Origin: Lachnospiraceae bacterium
GTDB lineage: Bacteria > Bacillota > Clostridia > Lachnospirales > Lachnospiraceae
Assembly: GCA_017961385.1 (NCBI GenBank)
Contig: JAGCXJ010000022.1
Location: 1-41,043, forward strand
Direction: 5' to 3'
Length of the DNA: 41,043 bases
Shown here: positions 1-9,736 of the stretch, piece after piece
Numbering within the stretch: position 1 is the stretch's first letter
Layout: the number at the start of each line of letters is the position of its first letter
Notes under the pieces: generated by a model
Databases searched by the model: none
The model's input: the letters and a program-made list of their open reading frames with translations, nothing else
What the model was told of the DNA's origin: nothing
Translations under genes and position numbers: made by a program

Positions 1-1
1 A

Positions 2-160
2 GAACTTCAGCTTGTTGATCTGGCGGGATCCTACCCTTTAATTGTAAAGAACCTAAAAGAGCACAACGCCGATGAATGGTATGACCTTAAAGGATATGTG
101 ATAGACTGGGCGGGCGGCCGGACTCATCCGGATGAATCGCTTATATACAAGAGGATATGA
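2..160 (+). CDS. 3' end of an upstream ORF truncated by the window edge, function unknown
   Basis: Frame 2 is open from base 2 (ELQLVDLAGSYPL...DWAGGRTHPDESLIYKRI) to TGA 158-160. The stop overlaps the next ATG (ATGA), which suggests translational coupling. Confidence 0.7.
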   Translation, partial: ELQLVDLAGSYPLIVKNLKEHNADEWYDLKGYVIDWAGGRTHPDESLIYKRI

Positions 161-1416
161 TGAACTACAATTTGACTGATGAGAGAATAGAGGAACTGGC
201 AAAGAAGTACGGGACGCCTCTTTATGTATATGACAGAGATGTAATAAGAGAGAACAGCAGACTGCTTAAGGATTCCGTTTATCCGGGAGCCTCAGTATAT
301 TATGCAATGAAATGTAATCCCCTAGTCGGGATTTGCAGGGCTTTTAAAGAAGAGGGGCTGGGAATAGAGACGGCATCTAAAGGAGAGATCGTTGCAGCAC
401 TCAAAGCAGGATATAGTGGTGATGAGATCATATTTACGAGTCCCGGCAAGACCGAAGAAGAGATAGAATTCGCTGTGGAAAATGGCTTGAAGGTCATCAA
501 TGTTGATTCCTTGTATGAGGCTAAAATAGTTGACAGGATAGCTGCGAAACTTGGCAGGAAAGCACGTATTGCGGTACGCATCAATCCTACACAGTGCTTC
601 TCTAATGCCAAGATCAAAATGACGGGACTCCCCTCACAGTTCGGTGCAGAAGAGGAAGAACTGGATAAAGAGTTCTTTGACAGGCTTTCAGGTCTTTCCA
701 ACATAGAAACGGTTGGATTCCAGATATATATGGGAACCCAGATGCTTAAGGTCGAGGACATAATCGGTAATACCGAATATGCCATGAAATTGGCTGTCAG
801 ACTCTCAAAAGAGTACGGTATCAAGCTTAGATATCTTAACTGCGGCGGAGGGTTCGGAGTTAAATACTTCAAAAACGAAGAGCCTCTAGATGTGCAGGAT
901 TTAAAGAGCAAGATGCAAAAACTGCATGAACGAATGGGATCTGAACTTGCAGGTACCGAAGTGATCTTCGAGAGCGGAAGGTTCCTTATGGCTTTAGCGG
1001 GAGTGATGGTGACAAAAGTGTTATATCGCAAGGATTCCAAGGAACAGAGATTTCTTATATGCGACGGTGGGTCCAACTTCCATTCGTCTGCAGCCTTCCT
1101 CGGAAGATTTGTCCGTAATAATTTCCCGCAAAGGGCAATAAGCAAAAGCAATAAGACTGAGGATATCGAGACCATGGTATGCGGTCCTTTATGTACAAGC
1201 CTGGATGTGATGGGACAGAAGGTCATGATGGATAAAGGTGTTGACGCAGGGGATCTTATTGTGATCGAATGTTCGGGTGCATACGGATTTACCTACAGCC
1301 CTTCACTGTTTCTAAGTCATGAATCACCGGCGGAGATAATGGCTGAGAAAGATACAGTCACCGTCTTAAGACGAAGGGGAGAAGCCGATGACATCCTAAA
1401 ACTGCAGGAGTATTAA
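157..1416 (+). CDS. PLP-dependent group IV decarboxylase (diaminopimelate decarboxylase fold), BtrK-like aminoacyl-ACP decarboxylase
   Basis: 419 aa with YGTPLYVYD, PLP lysine motif YAMKCNP, GGGFG, ESGRFL, GPLCT and GAYG. It has QIYMGTQ where LysA has HIGSQ. Neighbouring ATP-grasp and ACP genes favour BtrK-like over LysA. Confidence 0.8.
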   Translation: MMNYNLTDERIEELAKKYGTPLYVYDRDVIRENSRLLKDSVYPGASVYYAMKCNPLVGICRAFKEEGLGIETASKGEIVAALKAGYSGDEIIFTSPGKTEEEIEFAVENGLKVINVDSLYEAKIVDRIAAKLGRKARIAVRINPTQCFSNAKIKMTGLPSQFGAEEEELDKEFFDRLSGLSNIETVGFQIYMGTQMLKVEDIIGNTEYAMKLAVRLSKEYGIKLRYLNCGGGFGVKYFKNEEPLDVQDLKSKMQKLHERMGSELAGTEVIFESGRFLMALAGVMVTKVLYRKDSKEQRFLICDGGSNFHSSAAFLGRFVRNNFPQRAISKSNKTEDIETMVCGPLCTSLDVMGQKVMMDKGVDAGDLIVIECSGAYGFTYSPSLFLSHESPAEIMAEKDTVTVLRRRGEADDILKLQEY

Positions 1417-1424
1417 GTAAGAAA

Positions 1425-2741
1425 ATGAGTTTTGATCTGCTTAGACATATTAGAGAAAATGATGAATATACGGTGATATGGCTCTTTAATATCGGCGTTG
1501 AGAAATACTGGAATAACAATGTATTTACGGTAAAAAGTGCAGGAGATGACATTGTTGTAGCCCATATGGAAGAGATGAACCTGTTGATAACAAGGCAGCA
1601 GGATATCTTGATATTAAGGGACGAACCTGATGTTGAATATCTTGAGGAAATGCGAAACTTCGGAGCGGAGATCCCCTCTATAGTGTGTCCGTCGCTAAAG
1701 GATGATGATAAGAGCATATCCGAGATAGTACTGGAAGATAAAAGCCTGACAGACAGGATAAAGGAGTTGTGCAGGAACAGGGAGAAGGTCGTTTTTGTTC
1801 CGTACGGAGTTTCATCCCTTGAAGAGAAGATAGCACAGAAACTGGGTGTGGATATATTCGGGCCTAAATCTGCAGATGCGATCAGAGTGAATGACAAGGT
1901 CTATTCGAGAAGATTTGCAATAGAACACGGATTTAGAGTCCCTGAAGGAAAGATATGCCTTGGGTATGATGAACTGTGCAGCACGGCAGGAGAGTATCTT
2001 GAAAGGTTTGGAAGGATAATAATCAAGGAACCTCACGGTGCATCAGGCAAAGGGCTCTGGGTAGTTGAAACGGCTGCCAAACTTAAGAGCACGCTTCTTA
2101 TCATAAAGAGATTCTATGATATTTCTGAGGACAGAGAATGGATCGTGGAACAGTGGTGTGATAAGCTTACTGATCTGAACTATCAGGTCTATGTAGGAGA
2201 AGATGAAGGTAAGCCGCATGTTGAAGTGTTCTCCGTTAAGGAACAGAGAGTTAACGGAACCGTATATACAGGATCTGTTATACCGCCCTCCTTTGATGAA
2301 AAGATCGTAAATGAGTGTGATGAATGCGGCAGGATAATAGGTGAAGAACTATACACAGAAGGTTACAGAGGCATACTCGGCATAGATGCGATGATCCTTA
2401 GTACAGGTGAACTGGTACCAATAGTGGAGATCAACGGAAGATTCACTTTGTCGACTTATCTTTCGTTTATACCGAACAGATGCAAGGAAGTAACAGACAA
2501 GATATTTGCTTCTTACCGTAAGGTAAAGCTTTGCAATGGCGACAGATATATTAACATAGTGAATAAACTGGCCGATGCCGGGATAGCATACAAGGACAGA
2601 GACGGTGTATTCGTATACACATCCGAGACTGTAAATTCGAACAGGACAGGTGAGTATGGCAGACTGTTCACCCTGTGCCTGGGTGGTGATGAGTCAAGAA
2701 CTGATGAACTTGATATTAAGTGCAGGCAGATCATTGAATAG
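1425..2741 (+). CDS. ATP-grasp ligase, BtrJ-like amino acid:ACP ligase
   Basis: 438 aa with ATP-grasp motifs VNDKVYSR, IIKEPHGASGKG, WIVEQW, GILGIDAM and VEINGRF. Lies between the decarboxylase and the ACP. Confidence 0.75.
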   Translation: MSFDLLRHIRENDEYTVIWLFNIGVEKYWNNNVFTVKSAGDDIVVAHMEEMNLLITRQQDILILRDEPDVEYLEEMRNFGAEIPSIVCPSLKDDDKSISEIVLEDKSLTDRIKELCRNREKVVFVPYGVSSLEEKIAQKLGVDIFGPKSADAIRVNDKVYSRRFAIEHGFRVPEGKICLGYDELCSTAGEYLERFGRIIIKEPHGASGKGLWVVETAAKLKSTLLIIKRFYDISEDREWIVEQWCDKLTDLNYQVYVGEDEGKPHVEVFSVKEQRVNGTVYTGSVIPPSFDEKIVNECDECGRIIGEELYTEGYRGILGIDAMILSTGELVPIVEINGRFTLSTYLSFIPNRCKEVTDKIFASYRKVKLCNGDRYINIVNKLADAGIAYKDRDGVFVYTSETVNSNRTGEYGRLFTLCLGGDESRTDELDIKCRQIIE

Positions 2742-2755
2742 AAAGGCGGATCAAA

Positions 2756-2995
2756 ATGGAAGATAAGATCAAAGAGATAGTCATATCTGTATTGGAATTG
2801 GCAGAAGATGATGCAAAACAGATTGAGGAAGATACGGATCTTCTGGAGTACGGACTTGATTCCATGACCTGTGTGGGAGTGGTGGTCAGTCTTGAAGAGG
2901 AATTCGGGATCACTGTGGATGAAGAGGATCTGTTGGTCGAGAACATGTCTACGATCAGCAAGATCAAGGAACTGGTCGAGAAGTACGAAGACTGA
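2756..2995 (+). CDS. Stand-alone acyl carrier protein (BtrI-like)
   Basis: 79 aa, very acidic, with phosphopantetheine motif YGLDSM and LEEEFGI. Purine-rich RBS-like GAAAGGCGGA upstream. Confidence 0.92.
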   Translation: MEDKIKEIVISVLELAEDDAKQIEEDTDLLEYGLDSMTCVGVVVSLEEEFGITVDEEDLLVENMSTISKIKELVEKYED

Positions 2996-3039
2996 TATAT
3001 CATCTGATCAAAGAAACGTAAAGAAGGCAGGATGGGATC

Positions 3040-4350
3040 ATGAGTGATGGTTTTGAAGCCGGAAGGCGTATGTACCGGTTTGCTGAGAAGATATTTCCCT
3101 ATACGAGAAGCATAACGGGCGAAGGTGTCAGACAGACATTAAGCGATATAGAAGAGTATATCGCATCATCGGGAACAAAGCTTAAGATTTCTGATATACC
3201 TTATGGAACACTGGTGTTTGACTGGACTGTTCCTAAGGAGTGGAAGATAAGAGAAGCCTATATAGAAGACGAAAACGGTGATCAAATCATAGACATGAAG
3301 GAATCAAATCTTCATGTGCTTGGATATTCTACACCTGTGGATGAATGGGTGGATCTTGATGAATTAAAAAGGCATATATATGTTGAAGAAAACCAGCCCG
3401 ATGTGATACCGTATGTGACCTCGTATTACAAGGAGCGCTTTGGCTTCTGCATGAGCAAGAATAAACTGGATTCCTTAAAAGACGGCAGATATCACATGTA
3501 TATAGACAGTGAGCTGTTTGACGGAGTGCTTAACTATGCTGAGGCGATCATACCCGGTGACAGTGATGAGGAGATCATGTTCTCGACATAGTTTTGTCAT
3601 CCTTCAATGGCGGATAATGAGTGCTCGGGTCCTGCGCTTGCAGCAGAACTCATCAATACGATCGCTTCAATGGATCACAGAAGATATACATACAGATTTG
3701 TATTCGTACCCGAGACAATAGGATCTATAACGTACTTGAGCCAGAATGATCATGTGGCTTATTTGCAGAAGCATTTAAAGGCAGGATTTGTACTGTCGTG
3801 CGTCGGCGATGACAATGACTATTCGATGATACATTCAAGATATGCGGATACTTATGCGGACAGAGTACTTTTAAATGTATTAAGCTACAAGGAAAAGCAT
3901 ACCATTTACGGATTCAACAAGCGCGGTTCGGATGAGAGGCAGTATAATGCGCCCGGAGTTGATCTTCCGGTCGTATGCTTCTGCAGGTCAAAATTCGGTG
4001 AGTTTGCCGAATATCACACATCGGCTGACAACATGGACTTTGTATCTAAAGAAGGCTTTCAGGGCGCATATGATGCGATGATGGAAGCTGTTAACATTCT
4101 TGAAAAGAACGCACGCTACAGGATGAAGGTACTGTGCGAGCCTCAGCTGGGAAAACGAGGTCTGTATTCGGATATCAGCAGAAAGGGTATCTATGATACG
4201 ATACTTGTTCAGCGCGATGTCATATCCTACTGTGACGGAAAAAACGATCTTTTGGATCTGAGTGAACGCATCGGTGTACCTGTAAGCGATATCATAGATA
4301 TAATAGAAAGACTTAAGGAAAACGATCTTTTGGAAGAAACTAAAGAGTGA
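3040..4350 (+). pseudogene. DUF4910/DUF2172 aminopeptidase-like polysaccharide-locus protein with C-terminal winged HTH, interrupted by an in-frame TAG at 3589-3591
   Basis: ORFs 3040-3591 and 3607-4350 share one frame and read RSITGEGVRQTL, VFDWTVPKEW, PYVTSYY, FST*FCHPSMADNECSGP, PETIGSI, GSDERQY, EYHTSAD, CEPQLGKRGLY. The stop sits where the family has Tyr (STYxCHPS). Could be a true lesion or a sequencing error. Confidence 0.8.
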
Positions 4351-4354
4351 TCAT

Positions 4355-5386
4355 ATGAAGTTAAGTATAATCGTACCCGTCTACAACATGGAGGCAGATG
4401 ACAAGCTTACATTCTGCCTGGATTCTCTGATCTCCCAGAATCTTGATGATTACGAGATAATAGCTGTCGATGACGCTTCCACGGATGCGTCATTTGAGAT
4501 CATGAAAAGCTATGAGCAGAAACATCCTGATCTGGTAAGAGCGATCCACAGTGATGTAAACAGGCATCAGGGCGGAGCCAAGAACATCGGAATAAGACAG
4601 GCCAAAGGCGAATGGATAGGCTTTATTGATGCCGATGACTGGATAGATCCCGATATGTATAAAAAGCTTATCACAAAAGCTGAGGAGACAGGAGCAGGTG
4701 TTGTAGGCTGTGACTATGTCATGGTAAACGATCATACATACGAGATCAATGGGCCGGTAGATGCAAATTCAAGAGATGATCAGACAGGAGAGCTTGATCA
4801 TGACAGAAAGGCAAGCCTCATTCTTGACGGAGGAAGCCTTTGCGTCAAGATATTCAAAAGACAGACGATAATCGATAATGAGCTCTTCTTTCCCGAGGAT
4901 ATATTCTATGAAGATAATGCGATGAGCGACGGCTATCTTCTCACTGCAGGCAGGTTTGAATACATAAAGGAGCCCCTGTATTATTACTACCAGCATGATA
5001 CATCAACCGTCCATTCATTTTCTGAAAGAAGATGCGAGGACAGGATGGCGGCGGGACGCATCATAATCGATGAAGCAAAAAGACTCGGTTTTTTTGATGA
5101 GTTTAAAGAAGAGATAGAATTTAAGTTCACACAGCTTTTCTATGTCAACACACTCTTTACTTACATGCCATGTGTAAGACCAGCCAGGATGGGATTTGTA
5201 AAGAAGATGAGTGAGGAGATGCGGGATAGATTTCCTGACTTTCAAAAGAACAGATATTATCTTGAAAGAGTGGGTAAAGAGGAGCAAAAGCTCATCGACA
5301 TGGCTCAAAAGTCGACTTTTGAATTCTTTGTTTACTACAGACTGCTTTGGACATATCGCAATCTGCGCAAACGTTTAGGAGTATGA
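4355..5386 (+). CDS. Glycosyltransferase family 2
   Basis: LSIIVPVYN, EIIAVDDASTD, GGAKNIG, FIDADD (DxD) and FYEDN motifs. Confidence 0.93.
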   Translation: MKLSIIVPVYNMEADDKLTFCLDSLISQNLDDYEIIAVDDASTDASFEIMKSYEQKHPDLVRAIHSDVNRHQGGAKNIGIRQAKGEWIGFIDADDWIDPDMYKKLITKAEETGAGVVGCDYVMVNDHTYEINGPVDANSRDDQTGELDHDRKASLILDGGSLCVKIFKRQTIIDNELFFPEDIFYEDNAMSDGYLLTAGRFEYIKEPLYYYYQHDTSTVHSFSERRCEDRMAAGRIIIDEAKRLGFFDEFKEEIEFKFTQLFYVNTLFTYMPCVRPARMGFVKKMSEEMRDRFPDFQKNRYYLERVGKEEQKLIDMAQKSTFEFFVYYRLLWTYRNLRKRLGV

Positions 5387-5396
5387 TCTTTAATCT

Positions 5397-6467
5397 ATGA
5401 AAGACAGAATATATGTGTGTCATACATTTTATCATGTATATATAGCTGTTATAAAAGAGCTGAACTTAAAACCTGAAGCAAGGGGCAATGCCACTCTTGT
5501 TCTCAGCACGATGTCCAATGATTTCGGTTCTTTAAAAGACAGGGCAAAGGACAGCGGACTTTTTGAAGAAGTATATATGTTTGATGAGATCGAAGATGTA
5601 AAGCTCCCTGATGTCATGGCCTATCACATGGACAGGGGAAATATAATTCTTAATCTCATGCAGAGAATCAAGTATACAAAAAAGCTTGGAAAAGCTCAGG
5701 AAAAGAATGTACCCGTTGACTTTAAGCAGTATAAGGATATATACGTGTTCTGCGATTCCGATCCGATAGGATATTATCTGAATTATAAGCATATATATTA
5801 TCATGCGCTTGAAGACGGACTTGATACGATTGTCTATTGCGATGATGCAAGATACGCAAACAGAGGACATTTCGGACTCAAGGCATTCATGGCTAAACTG
5901 GGACTTATCTTTATCGAAAACGGCTATTCAAAGTACTGCATTGATATGGAAGTCAATGATCTTGGCGCCATCAAGTACAAAAACGATGCTTATATCGAAG
6001 TACCGAGAAAAAAGCTCATCCAAAATGTATCAAAAGATGACAGTCATCTTTTGCTGGATATCTTCATGGATAATCCAAAGCAGCTGCTTGAGCAGATAAA
6101 AGATGCAGGATCTGACAAAAAGAAGGTAATGATCCTATCCGATCCCGTTTGTGATCTTGAAACGAGAAAGAGGATCATGAGGGATATCATAAACGAGTAT
6201 GCAAAAGACTGCATAGCATTCATCAAGCCTCACCCGAGAGATATCCTTGATTATGATACAGATGATTTTAGCGACTGCATCATAATACGCGGGCGCTTTC
6301 CCATGGAGATGATGAACTACTTTGATGAGCTGCATATGGACAGAGTCGTTTCGATATTTACAGTAGTTGATGCTATATAATTTGCCGATGAAAAGATCAT
6401 GCTGGGAAATGATTTCATGGATAAATATGAGGACCCCTTGATCCACAGATGGAACGAACAGATATAG
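5397..6467 (+). CDS. Sialyltransferase-like (GT52/Lst-type) glycosyltransferase; predicted ORF ends at TAA 6378-6380 but the frame continues to TAG 6465-6467
   Basis: N-terminal YVCHTFYHVY plus the bacterial sialyltransferase D/E-D/E-G (LEDGLD) and HP (IKPHPRD) motifs and FPMEM. A 28-codon in-frame extension after the TAA ends 2 nt before the next ATG. Confidence 0.65.
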
Positions 6468-6469
6468 AT

Positions 6470-7567
6470 ATGATTGAATCAAGTATTCAGACAGGCCAAA
6501 AGAATAAAAGACAGTCAGGCTTTGAGCTTTTAAGGATCATATCGATGCTCATGATCATAGCCATGCACTACATGACAAAGGGCATGAAGATTGAAAAGCT
6601 ATCTATAGACTGCAGCATGACAAACGTGATCTACTGGATCATTTATGCTCTGTGTGTTTCATCTGTCAATGCATATGTGTTCATAAGCGGATACTTTGCT
6701 ACTGACTCAAAATGGAACCTAAAAAAACTGATAAGGCTCTGGGCACAGGTGCTTTCATATTCGATCCTTGTTCCTCTCATTATGTCGGCATTTGGCGCAT
6801 TTGATCTTAAAGGCGCGTCTCTTTCAGTAAAGCAGCAGATATTTCTGCCGGTGACATACGAGCATTACTGGTTTGCCACAGCATACATAATGCTGTATCT
6901 GATCTCGTATGTTTTGAATGTCGCTATATCAAAGCTTGACAAGAAAAGCTATAAGACAGTGCTTCTTGCACTCATAGCGGTATTTTGCGGATTCAAATCG
7001 ATAGATCCGTATCTGATCCCCTGGGATAAATACGGCAATGACATGATATGGTTCATTATCCTTTACCTTATCGGAGGATATATAAGGACATACGGCCTGC
7101 CTTTTACAGATAATAAGACCAAAAAGGAAACGGCAAGATTCGGACTTGTTATATATGCGGCATTCAGTCTGATAACGTTTTTGATCGCTTATGCGTTCTC
7201 GTTCATTGTAAGGAGCACGGGAAAGCTTGAATACTATATGGACATGACATACTGCTACAACTATGTCGCGGTACTGATCGCAAGCATCGGTCTGTTTGCA
7301 GTCTTTGCAAATATGGATATCGGACACCGTCCATGGATAAACAAAATAGCAAAGTATACGTTTGGCGTATATCTTCTTCATGATAATATTGTACTCAGAG
7401 AAAAGTGGCAGCATCTTCTTTTGATCGACTCTGCACAGGGAAAATGGTGGCAGATATTTCACATGATCATCTGCATCATCATCGTGTTCATTGTCGGATG
7501 CGTCATAGATCTTGTAAGAGACGGCGTGTTTAATGCCTTTGCAAAAACAGGTAAAAGCAGGCAGTAG
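6470..7567 (+). CDS. Acyltransferase family 3 (OafA-like multi-pass membrane glycan acyltransferase)
   Basis: RQSGFELLRIISMLMIIAMH, VFISGYF, YWFATAY, FGVYLLH and about 10 hydrophobic segments. Start placed at ATG 6470; the ORF track starts at 6449. Confidence 0.85.
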   Translation: MIESSIQTGQKNKRQSGFELLRIISMLMIIAMHYMTKGMKIEKLSIDCSMTNVIYWIIYALCVSSVNAYVFISGYFATDSKWNLKKLIRLWAQVLSYSILVPLIMSAFGAFDLKGASLSVKQQIFLPVTYEHYWFATAYIMLYLISYVLNVAISKLDKKSYKTVLLALIAVFCGFKSIDPYLIPWDKYGNDMIWFIILYLIGGYIRTYGLPFTDNKTKKETARFGLVIYAAFSLITFLIAYAFSFIVRSTGKLEYYMDMTYCYNYVAVLIASIGLFAVFANMDIGHRPWINKIAKYTFGVYLLHDNIVLREKWQHLLLIDSAQGKWWQIFHMIICIIIVFIVGCVIDLVRDGVFNAFAKTGKSRQ

Positions 7568-7573
7568 CAGATT

Positions 7574-8623
7574 ATGGATACAAAGATAATAAAAATAGAT
7601 GAAGAAAACATAGATGAAGCTCTGATAGATAAGGCCGGAGAGATAATAAAAAACGGCGGTCTGGTCGCTTTTCCGACAGAGACGGTTTACGGACTCGGAG
7701 GAGATGCTCTAAATCGCGAATCGAGCAAAAAGATATATGCGGCGAAGGGAAGACCGAGCGACAATCCGCTGATCGTACATATAGCAGATATTGATGACAT
7801 GGAATCTATCGTTACAAAGGTTACAGAAGATGCGCTAAAGCTTGCTGACAGATTCTGGCCGGGACCTTTAACGATGATACTTGAAAAATCAGACCGGATA
7901 CCGCTTGAAACGACCGGAGGACTTGACAGCGTGGCAATAAGGATGCCCATACATAAGACTGCGGCGGCATTCATAAAGGCAGCAGGAGGATATGTGGCAG
8001 CTCCCAGTGCGAACATCTCCGGAAAGCCAAGTCCCACGAGCGCAAAATACGTCATCCAGGACATGGACGGGCGTATAGACATGATCATTGACGGCGGGGA
8101 CAGCGGCATCGGTCTTGAATCGACTATAGTCGATCTGACGGGGGACATACCTGTACTGCTAAGACCGGGATATATAACTGTTGAACAGTTAAGAGAGGTG
8201 CTGGGACAAGTTGATGTCGACAGGACTATCCTTGACGGAGACTGCAAGGAAAGACCAAAAGCTCCGGGTATGAAATACAGACATTACGCGCCAAAAGGGG
8301 AGCTTACCATAGTTGACGGATATGCTTCGGCTGTGGTTGAAAAGATCAATGAACTGACGCATGAAGCCGAAAGCAGAAACAAGAAAGTATGTGTGATAGC
8401 AACGGATGAGAATGCCGACAGATATGATAGTGGCGTGATAAAGAGCATAGGGAGCAGAAATGATGAAGACATCATCGCTCACAGGCTGTATACTATACTC
8501 AGGGAATGTGATGATGAGAATATTGACGTCATCTACAGCGAGAGCTTTGACAGCGCAGGAATAGGACAGGCGATAATGAACCGGCTGCTAAAGGCGGCAG
8601 GTCATCACATGATACATATTTAG
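7574..8623 (+). CDS. sua5: L-threonylcarbamoyladenylate synthase (Sua5/YwlC type)
   Basis: VAFPTETVYGLG, KGRPSDNPLIVH, AAPSANISGKPSPT, PGMKYRHYAP and C-terminal SUA5 domain. Confidence 0.97.
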   Translation: MDTKIIKIDEENIDEALIDKAGEIIKNGGLVAFPTETVYGLGGDALNRESSKKIYAAKGRPSDNPLIVHIADIDDMESIVTKVTEDALKLADRFWPGPLTMILEKSDRIPLETTGGLDSVAIRMPIHKTAAAFIKAAGGYVAAPSANISGKPSPTSAKYVIQDMDGRIDMIIDGGDSGIGLESTIVDLTGDIPVLLRPGYITVEQLREVLGQVDVDRTILDGDCKERPKAPGMKYRHYAPKGELTIVDGYASAVVEKINELTHEAESRNKKVCVIATDENADRYDSGVIKSIGSRNDEDIIAHRLYTILRECDDENIDVIYSESFDSAGIGQAIMNRLLKAAGHHMIHI

Positions 8624-8643
8624 ACTGTTTGGAGGGTTAAACG

Positions 8644-9075
8644 ATGATAGCTATTGGAAGCGATCACGGCGGATACGATCTTAAGATGTCCGTCATCAAG
8701 CACCTTGAAGAACGGGGAATCGACTGCAAGGACTACGGCTGCTATGACAAGAGTTCGTGTGATTATCCTGTTTACGGACATGCCGTTGCAGAGGCTGTGG
8801 CTGATGGAAGCTGCGAAAAAGGCATAGTCATCTGCACTACTGGAATAGGCATTTCGATAACCGCGAACAAGACAAAGGGAATAAGATGCGCACTGTGCAG
8901 CGAGCCGCTGTCAGCAAAGATGACCAGACTTCATAACAATGCAAACGTGCTCGCGATGGGAGCAGCTCTTATTGGTCCCATGCTTGCAAATGAGATAGTG
9001 GATACTTTCCTGGATACTGAATTCTCGGGTGAAGAGAGACATCAGCGCAGGATAGATCTTATAGAAAACAATTGA
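8644..9075 (+). CDS. rpiB: Ribose-5-phosphate isomerase B
   Basis: [27 protein letters not shown] and RHQRR. RBS GGAGGG. Confidence 0.96.
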   Translation: MIAIGSDHGGYDLKMSVIKHLEERGIDCKDYGCYDKSSCDYPVYGHAVAEAVADGSCEKGIVICTTGIGISITANKTKGIRCALCSEPLSAKMTRLHNNANVLAMGAALIGPMLANEIVDTFLDTEFSGEERHQRRIDLIENN

Positions 9076-9094
9076 TTATCAGGGGGTAAGAAAG

Positions 9095-9724
9095 ATGGCA
9101 AAACTAGTGATAATGGATCACCCGCTCATTCAGCACAAGATTGGTTATATCAGAAGGCTTGATACGGGAACAAAGGATTTCAGACAGACGATCTCGGAGA
9201 TAGCAATGCTCATCTGCTATGAGGCTACAAGAGATCTTGAACTTGAGGATGTTGAGATCGAAACACCTATATGCAAGACTACGGCTAAGACATTGAAAGG
9301 CAAGAAGATGGCGATCGTTCCGATCCTTAGAGCAGGTCTTGGAATGGTAGACGGAATGCTCTCTTTGATCCCTGCGGCAAAGATCGGTCATATCGGTCTT
9401 TACAGGGATCCTCAGACGCATCTTCCGATAGAGTACTACTGCAAGCTTCCGGCAGACTGTGCGGAGAGAGAAGTATTTGTCGTAGATCCTATGCTCGCTA
9501 CCGGCGGTTCTGCTGTTTCGGCTATACAGATGTTAAAGGACAAGGGATGCAAGAAGATCCACTTCATGTGCATAATCGCAGCTCCCGAAGGAATAGAGGC
9601 CATGCAGAAGGCTCATCCCGATGTCGACATCTATGTCGGAGCAAAGGATGAAAAGCTCAATGAAAATGCATACATCGTACCGGGTCTGGGAGATGCCGGC
9701 GACAGGATATTCGGAACCAAGTAA
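9095..9724 (+). CDS. upp: Uracil phosphoribosyltransferase
   Basis: [26 protein letters not shown] and [17 protein letters not shown]. Confidence 0.98.
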   Translation: MAKLVIMDHPLIQHKIGYIRRLDTGTKDFRQTISEIAMLICYEATRDLELEDVEIETPICKTTAKTLKGKKMAIVPILRAGLGMVDGMLSLIPAAKIGHIGLYRDPQTHLPIEYYCKLPADCAEREVFVVDPMLATGGSAVSAIQMLKDKGCKKIHFMCIIAAPEGIEAMQKAHPDVDIYVGAKDEKLNENAYIVPGLGDAGDRIFGTK

Positions 9725-9736
9725 AGAGGACAGGGT

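Noticed and set aside
300-1226. Long antisense ORFs (also 16967-17815, 34130-34795 and many shorter ones)
   Set aside because: They are shadows of well-supported genes on the opposite strand and have no recognisable motifs.
157-1416. Calling this gene lysA
   Set aside because: The fold matches, but the HIGSQ motif is altered and the ATP-grasp/ACP context points to a specialised decarboxylase.
3589-3591. Pyrrolysine or genome-wide TAG recoding
   Set aside because: The position corresponds to Tyr, no pyl genes are in view, and TAG is a normal stop for several genes here (for example atpA, atpD, spoVG).
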